Source: Promethearchaeum syntrophicum (GTDB lineage Archaea; Asgardarchaeota; Lokiarchaeia; Sigyniarchaeales; Promethearchaeaceae). From it: a stretch of 32,000 nt of DNA. This document shows, in pieces, positions 27,804 to 32,000 of the stretch (the stretch's first letter is position 1; each line of letters begins with the position of its first letter). The notes below the pieces were generated by a model that worked only from the letters and a program-made list of their open reading frames with translations, searched no databases and was not told the DNA's origin. Made by a program: the position numbers and the translations under genes. The stretch is from the NCBI RefSeq assembly GCF_008000775.2, contig NZ_CP042905.2, positions 1,200,001 to 1,232,000 on the forward strand, given 5' to 3'.

Positions 27804-28430
27804 TTAAGGTTTGTACCATTTAAAGGAAAAATAAGATTTAGTTATAGGGTTTGCCATAATAAATTTTTTCTTAACACTTGTTGCTAATCTGGCGCTTCTA
27901 ACTACATCAATAGAACTTATATTTGAATGATTTGCTAGAACTTGGATACAAAATGACGAATGGTCAATACCTGGGCCTTTTCTATAGACTATGAAATCCG
28001 CCCCAAATTTTTGACCTGGTCTTGGAACATATTTTTTATCTCTTAAATCTTCATATATTCGATATTTATCATCAAAGGCGGGGTATTTCTCACAAGCAAA
28101 TTGAAAGAATTCTTCTTCAGACAGTTTTTTTTTGGTTTTTTCCAAAAATATGTCAATCTTTTTATTTTTAAGCAAATATAAAGCTTCAAAAAGTGTTAAT
28201 TCCAGAGGTTTAGTAAAAATATGACCTTTAGGTTTTCTAATTCCGATCGGGATTCCAAAATATCTCCCAAAACCATATAAGATAGACGCGTAATAATGGT
28301 TAAAAACAATTATTTTAGATCCAATTAAAGTAGCATTTATAGGTGTTTTGGGAAATTCACCAGATTCCAGCAATTTTTCTAATTCTTTTTGATCTAAATT
28401 TGGATCTATGAAATTTGATAGAGGAGACAT
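27804..28430 (-). CDS. endA: tRNA-splicing endonuclease, catalytic subunit
   Basis: GADFIVYRKGPGIDHSSFCIQVL and VRSARLATSVKKKFIMA carry the Tyr/His/Lys contexts of the archaeal EndA catalytic domain. Confidence 0.8.
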   Translation of the reverse strand: MSPLSNFIDPNLDQKELEKLLESGEFPKTPINATLIGSKIIVFNHYYASILYGFGRYFGIPIGIRKPKGHIFTKPLELTLFEALYLLKNKKIDIFLEKTKKKLSEEEFFQFACEKYPAFDDKYRIYEDLRDKKYVPRPGQKFGADFIVYRKGPGIDHSSFCIQVLANHSNISSIDVVRSARLATSVKKKFIMANPITKSYFSFKWYKP

Positions 28431-28482
28431 CTAAAATATAATAAATTAAATATAGAGAAAAAATTTTTCGATATTATTATTC

Positions 28483-28998
28483 TCAGTTCAATTTAAAACC
28501 GCAATTATGGCATATTTTCGTGGTTCGCGGGTTTGTGAAGGAACATTTCGGGCATTTCATAATAATTGATTGTTCATTTTGATCTTTCGCTTCCCAATTC
28601 AACTTATATGAGCAGTTATAACATATTTTAGTTTTTTTTGTGTTGACAAATCCACAATTAGGGCATTTCTTAATAATAGAAGCAGTATAATGTCCATCCA
28701 ATTTCACTAATCTTTGGATTTTTAAATCCATATCACTAGATTTTTTGGGTTTTTCTGGTTTTTTATTCTTATTTATCCTTTTATTTACTGCTTTTGGATT
28801 AAAGATAAACGGAATCAGAAACAGAGCAATAGATTCACTAATTGTTAATAAATAACGATTTCCAGAGTGATCACCCTCATTTATTGCTTTGATATTTTCA
28901 AAGAGTAGATAAAGAAGTAAAAAAGTAATTAATAATGATAGAATTGGAACAAAAATTTTTCTAATTTTTTGAAATCCTTTATATTTTTCATTTTTCAC
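28483..28998 (-). CDS. membrane protein with two C-terminal zinc ribbons (double zinc ribbon)
   Basis: Two N-terminal hydrophobic spans and a K-rich linker (NKNKKPEKPKKS). The ribbons are CPNCGFVNTKKTKICYNCSYKL and CPKCSFTNPRTTKICHNCGFKL. It starts 13 nt after the atpI stop. Confidence 0.65.
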   Translation of the reverse strand: MKNEKYKGFQKIRKIFVPILSLLITFLLLYLLFENIKAINEGDHSGNRYLLTISESIALFLIPFIFNPKAVNKRINKNKKPEKPKKSSDMDLKIQRLVKLDGHYTASIIKKCPNCGFVNTKKTKICYNCSYKLNWEAKDQNEQSIIMKCPKCSFTNPRTTKICHNCGFKLN

Positions 28999-29011
28999 CT
29001 AAAATCACACA

Positions 29012-31129
29012 TTATTTTTTACCAAATTCAATTAAACTATAATCTGAACTTATTTCTGTATATTTATAAGGAATTCCATCAGCTAGATAGAATTTTCCGA
29101 AGAATTCATAGAATGTTAATCTCAAAGCATGGATTCCTGCCAACATTCCTTCAAGAAGAATAACAAATAGATTACCAAATACTACAATCACTCCGATAGC
29201 TACTACAGAATCAAACATTTCAACAATTTTCATGACAACAAGCATTAATCCCATATGCGCCATTGCTAAAGCTAAGAGCCTTGAATAACTTGCTACATTG
29301 GAGAGGATACTTAAGAAAGTCTCTCCAACATCAACTGCCTGTTCTCCTAGCAATCCGCCAACAGATTCATTTTTCAAATATTTAATACCAAAAATTCTTC
29401 CTATAGGTTTACTAATCAATAAAAATATTGCTGGAATAATGGATAATAATATAGGATAAGGAATAGAAGAATTAGGAGAAAGCCATTTGGTTATATCAAA
29501 ATTATATGTAAATATCACTATTGCTCCTCCAATTAACATTAAGATTTTCAGAAATGGTTCAGCAAAAGCTAAAAAGACTTTTCCGTTATGAATGTCATTT
29601 ATCATTGCAAGAAACCAACCAATACAGATATGGACTACACCAACAAAAATTGACATTTTCAAAACTGTTGTAATATTATGCATAGGATTTACAAAAAGTG
29701 GCGTGAATAAACCTTCAACTCCAAAAAATGATCCATATAGCAAACCTCCAAGACAAGCCGCTAAACCTAACCAGATAAATAGAAATCCTGCATCATACAT
29801 ACTATTTTTTTTATTTTTTAGATTCATGACGGCCATTAAGACCCCTATAAGTATTAACACAAGACCTTGTCCTATGTCACCAAACATCAATCCAAATAAT
29901 AATGGATATGTTATTGCTACAATTGGTGTTGGATCTAACTCGGAATAATTTGAAACTCCATATAATTTTGTCAAAATTGTAAAGGGTTTAAAAATTTTAT
30001 TGGGTTTAATCAGAGAAGGTACAATCAATTTAGCTTTTATTCCTTCTTCCTCTTCATATTCATATTCTTCAGAATGCGTACCATGAATACTCTTTAAATT
30101 TGATTTTGATTTTTCTTTTGGTTGATCTTCCATTATGTGGGACACTATACGGATTTCGCCCTCAAATCTCTCGATTAAGGCAGTAGTTATCTCCTCTTTA
30201 TTTTCAGTTGGAATAAATGCCTTAAGTCTAATAATATCTCCCCTATATGTTTCTCTAAATTGTTTTTCAAGAAGATCATATTTTTTAAAACTCTGTAATA
30301 ATTCCATATATCCTCGAAATTTTGGGGCTTTATTTTTTTCTGAATCAATTAAAATCTTATTTTTTTCAATTCTTTCATTGCGAAATTTAATGACTTCATC
30401 TAATAAGATTAAATTTAAGCCAGATTCATTAAAATATACCTCAAAGTTTGTTATTTCAGTTGCGTTATGGCAAATTTCTGATATTTTTTGATGATAAGAA
30501 TGATGAAATATTGTAAAGAAAAAGGTGAAATTATCATCAAATTCTTTGAATTCGATTACTAGTGGTATTTCCTCATACTCTAAATTAACTTCCATATCAG
30601 TAAATTCCCCAGGTGTCGAATAAAATACTCTAAATTCCAACTGATTAAACCAATCTAAAGAAACACTTGTTGTATCGTACTCCGATAACCATATTAGGAT
30701 CTCTCTTAAGATCTCATCGTTTCTGATCTCTTCTTGAGTTACTTCAATATCTTTTATAAAACCTTTTAAATGTCGAATTTCAGGTGCAATTTGTTCATGT
30801 AATTGATTTATTCCATCAACCATTGATGAAATTACCATTTTATGTCTTAATTCTTTCTTAGGTTTTTCAATTTTCTCTGGTTCTAATTGGAAATGCTGGA
30901 AATAAAATATAATGTTATCTTCAATTTCACTAATTTTCTGTTTGATTTCGTCAAGAGCGGTGGATTCAGTCAAGAAATGTTCTCTTCGTAGATGATGGGG
31001 CGTCTTTTTTTCAGATTCTTCAAACAGTTTGATATGGATTTTATGTTTAGGAACTTCAATTAAAAACTGAGGTATTCTTGATTTATGAATTGAAATTTCC
31101 AGTAAACTCATTTTTTCGGGACGTAACAT
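29012..31129 (-). CDS. atpI: A/V-type ATP synthase subunit I (a-subunit)
   Basis: N-terminus MLRPEKMSLLEISIHK is family-typical. It has a long cytoplasmic coiled region and a polytopic C-terminus with the essential Arg context SYSRLLALAMAH, and ends GIHALRLTFYEFFGKFY. Confidence 0.9.
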   Translation of the reverse strand: MLRPEKMSLLEISIHKSRIPQFLIEVPKHKIHIKLFEESEKKTPHHLRREHFLTESTALDEIKQKISEIEDNIIFYFQHFQLEPEKIEKPKKELRHKMVISSMVDGINQLHEQIAPEIRHLKGFIKDIEVTQEEIRNDEILREILIWLSEYDTTSVSLDWFNQLEFRVFYSTPGEFTDMEVNLEYEEIPLVIEFKEFDDNFTFFFTIFHHSYHQKISEICHNATEITNFEVYFNESGLNLILLDEVIKFRNERIEKNKILIDSEKNKAPKFRGYMELLQSFKKYDLLEKQFRETYRGDIIRLKAFIPTENKEEITTALIERFEGEIRIVSHIMEDQPKEKSKSNLKSIHGTHSEEYEYEEEEGIKAKLIVPSLIKPNKIFKPFTILTKLYGVSNYSELDPTPIVAITYPLLFGLMFGDIGQGLVLILIGVLMAVMNLKNKKNSMYDAGFLFIWLGLAACLGGLLYGSFFGVEGLFTPLFVNPMHNITTVLKMSIFVGVVHICIGWFLAMINDIHNGKVFLAFAEPFLKILMLIGGAIVIFTYNFDITKWLSPNSSIPYPILLSIIPAIFLLISKPIGRIFGIKYLKNESVGGLLGEQAVDVGETFLSILSNVASYSRLLALAMAHMGLMLVVMKIVEMFDSVVAIGVIVVFGNLFVILLEGMLAGIHALRLTFYEFFGKFYLADGIPYKYTEISSDYSLIEFGKK

Positions 31130-31149
31130 ATATTTTCACTAATTTTTTC

Positions 31150-31788
31150 TTAGTCTTTTTCAATATCCAAAAATTCTTTAATATTTTTCATTCTAATAAA
31201 TTCCTCACGTTCTTCATCATTCAAAATTTCAGTGATTGTTAGGATAGATGCAGATAAGCGTGGAATAATGATTTCGTCCAGGGCATCTATACGTCGAGTC
31301 ACTTTTTTATTTTCTTCAGCTACATGATAGAGTAGATAATCACTCTCTGCAAGTTTCATTATTATTTTCAATATTTCTCTTAACTTTTTAATTAAAATAT
31401 CGATATAAAGCGTTGTGCTGGAGTATGAATAAGTAGGAAATTTTTTTTTAGGAAGAATTAACTCAATTTTAGGGACGTCAATCCCCATAGAATGGATATA
31501 AGTAATCTCTATTTCTGGTTCTAATGTAGTTTTAGTCAAATTTGCAATTCGATTGATTTTCCTTATGCCAATCGTTTCATATGCCTTTTTAAGAAGTTTA
31601 ATATTTTCTAAAAAATGTTCTCGCATTTCTAATCTTAGATTAAAATAATCCTTCGAATATTCTCTTAGTAATTTAAGAATTTGCATTCTCTTTAAATCGA
31701 GGAGATTTTCCCCACGAAGAGAGAACTGTTTCTTTTTTTTTAGTGAGTCAAGCTCTGGCTTTGTATTTTTTAAATTCTTAAATGACAA
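31150..31788 (-). CDS. atpD: A/V-type ATP synthase subunit D
   Basis: LLDLKRMQILKLL at the N-terminus and RIDALDEIIIPRL...LNDEEREEFIRMKNIK at the C-terminus fit subunit D. The TTG start is preceded by an SD-like AAAGGAGATAACAATAG. Confidence 0.8.
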   Translation of the reverse strand: MSFKNLKNTKPELDSLKKKKQFSLRGENLLDLKRMQILKLLREYSKDYFNLRLEMREHFLENIKLLKKAYETIGIRKINRIANLTKTTLEPEIEITYIHSMGIDVPKIELILPKKKFPTYSYSSTTLYIDILIKKLREILKIIMKLAESDYLLYHVAEENKKVTRRIDALDEIIIPRLSASILTITEILNDEEREEFIRMKNIKEFLDIEKD

Positions 31789-31794
31789 CTATTG

Positions 31795-32000
31795 TTATCT
31801 CCTTTTTACAAAATATTTTTTAATAAAATCTTTCTTAATCCTAGTTAATTCTCCCATTCCTAGGGGGCTCAATATATTCCAAGCAATATTTAGTGTCTCT
31901 TCGAAAGTTCTCTCAGTTTCTCCTTGATTGGCAAAGTAGGTCTCGAATAATTCTCCAAATTTTAAATACTTTTTATCAATGAGAGTTAAACTATCTGAAC
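31795..32000 (-). CDS. atpB: A/V-type ATP synthase subunit B, C-terminal 67 codons only (5' part outside window)
   Basis: My own translation of the minus strand from 31998 gives SDSLTLIDKKYLKFGELFETYFANQGETERTFEETLNIAWNILSPLGMGELTRIKKDFIKKYFVKRR*. It fits the conserved subunit-B tail pattern (F..F..QG..E.R....TL...W.LL..L....L.RI....I.KY). The stop TAA is at 31795-31797. It is not in the ORF track. Confidence 0.7.
   Translation of the reverse strand, partial: SDSLTLIDKKYLKFGELFETYFANQGETERTFEETLNIAWNILSPLGMGELTRIKKDFIKKYFVKRR

Noticed and set aside
29592-30491. + strand ORFs 29592-29948 and 30135-30491, and 28969-29163.
   Set aside because: They are antisense to atpI, which carries diagnostic subunit-I motifs.

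Overview
AT-rich archaeal chromosomal window. I call 31 protein-coding genes, two of them cut by the window edges, plus one gene relic. I saw no rRNA, tRNA, CRISPR array, transposase or integrase. Archaeal hallmarks are a TFB paralog, Cdc48/VAT, tRNA-splicing endonuclease EndA, and A/V-type ATPase subunits B (partial), D and I. A protein with two clear gelsolin domains suggests an Asgard (Loki-like) archaeon; this is an inference. The rest is housekeeping or accessory metabolism: alpha/beta hydrolase, nucleotidyltransferase, DUF1028, tocopherol-cyclase-like, Rieske oxygenase, OsmC-like, TusA-like, MFS, CPBP protease, PfkB kinase, MEMO-like, circularly permuted GTPase, YdjM-like, LVIVD propeller and CN-hydrolase. 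The best candidate for an undescribed system is the gene trio at 8611-12251. It comprises a two-domain gelsolin fused through a PEPV(H/Q)V tandem-repeat spacer to a C-terminal zinc ribbon, a 697-aa tail-anchored proline-rich protein that reuses the EPVH spacer motif, and a free-standing 61-aa paralog of the same zinc ribbon. I read this as a possible membrane-tethered actin-regulatory module. Other leads: a TFB paralog with a defective N-terminal Zn ribbon next to a 7-blade propeller carrying four tandem winged-helix-like repeats; a decayed copy of that gene's 3' end on the far side of the Rieske gene; a co-directional sHsp-sHsp-Cdc48-wHTH proteostasis cluster; and an atpB-atpD-atpI gene order. 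All homology statements are by-eye motif comparisons from memory. No database search was run.
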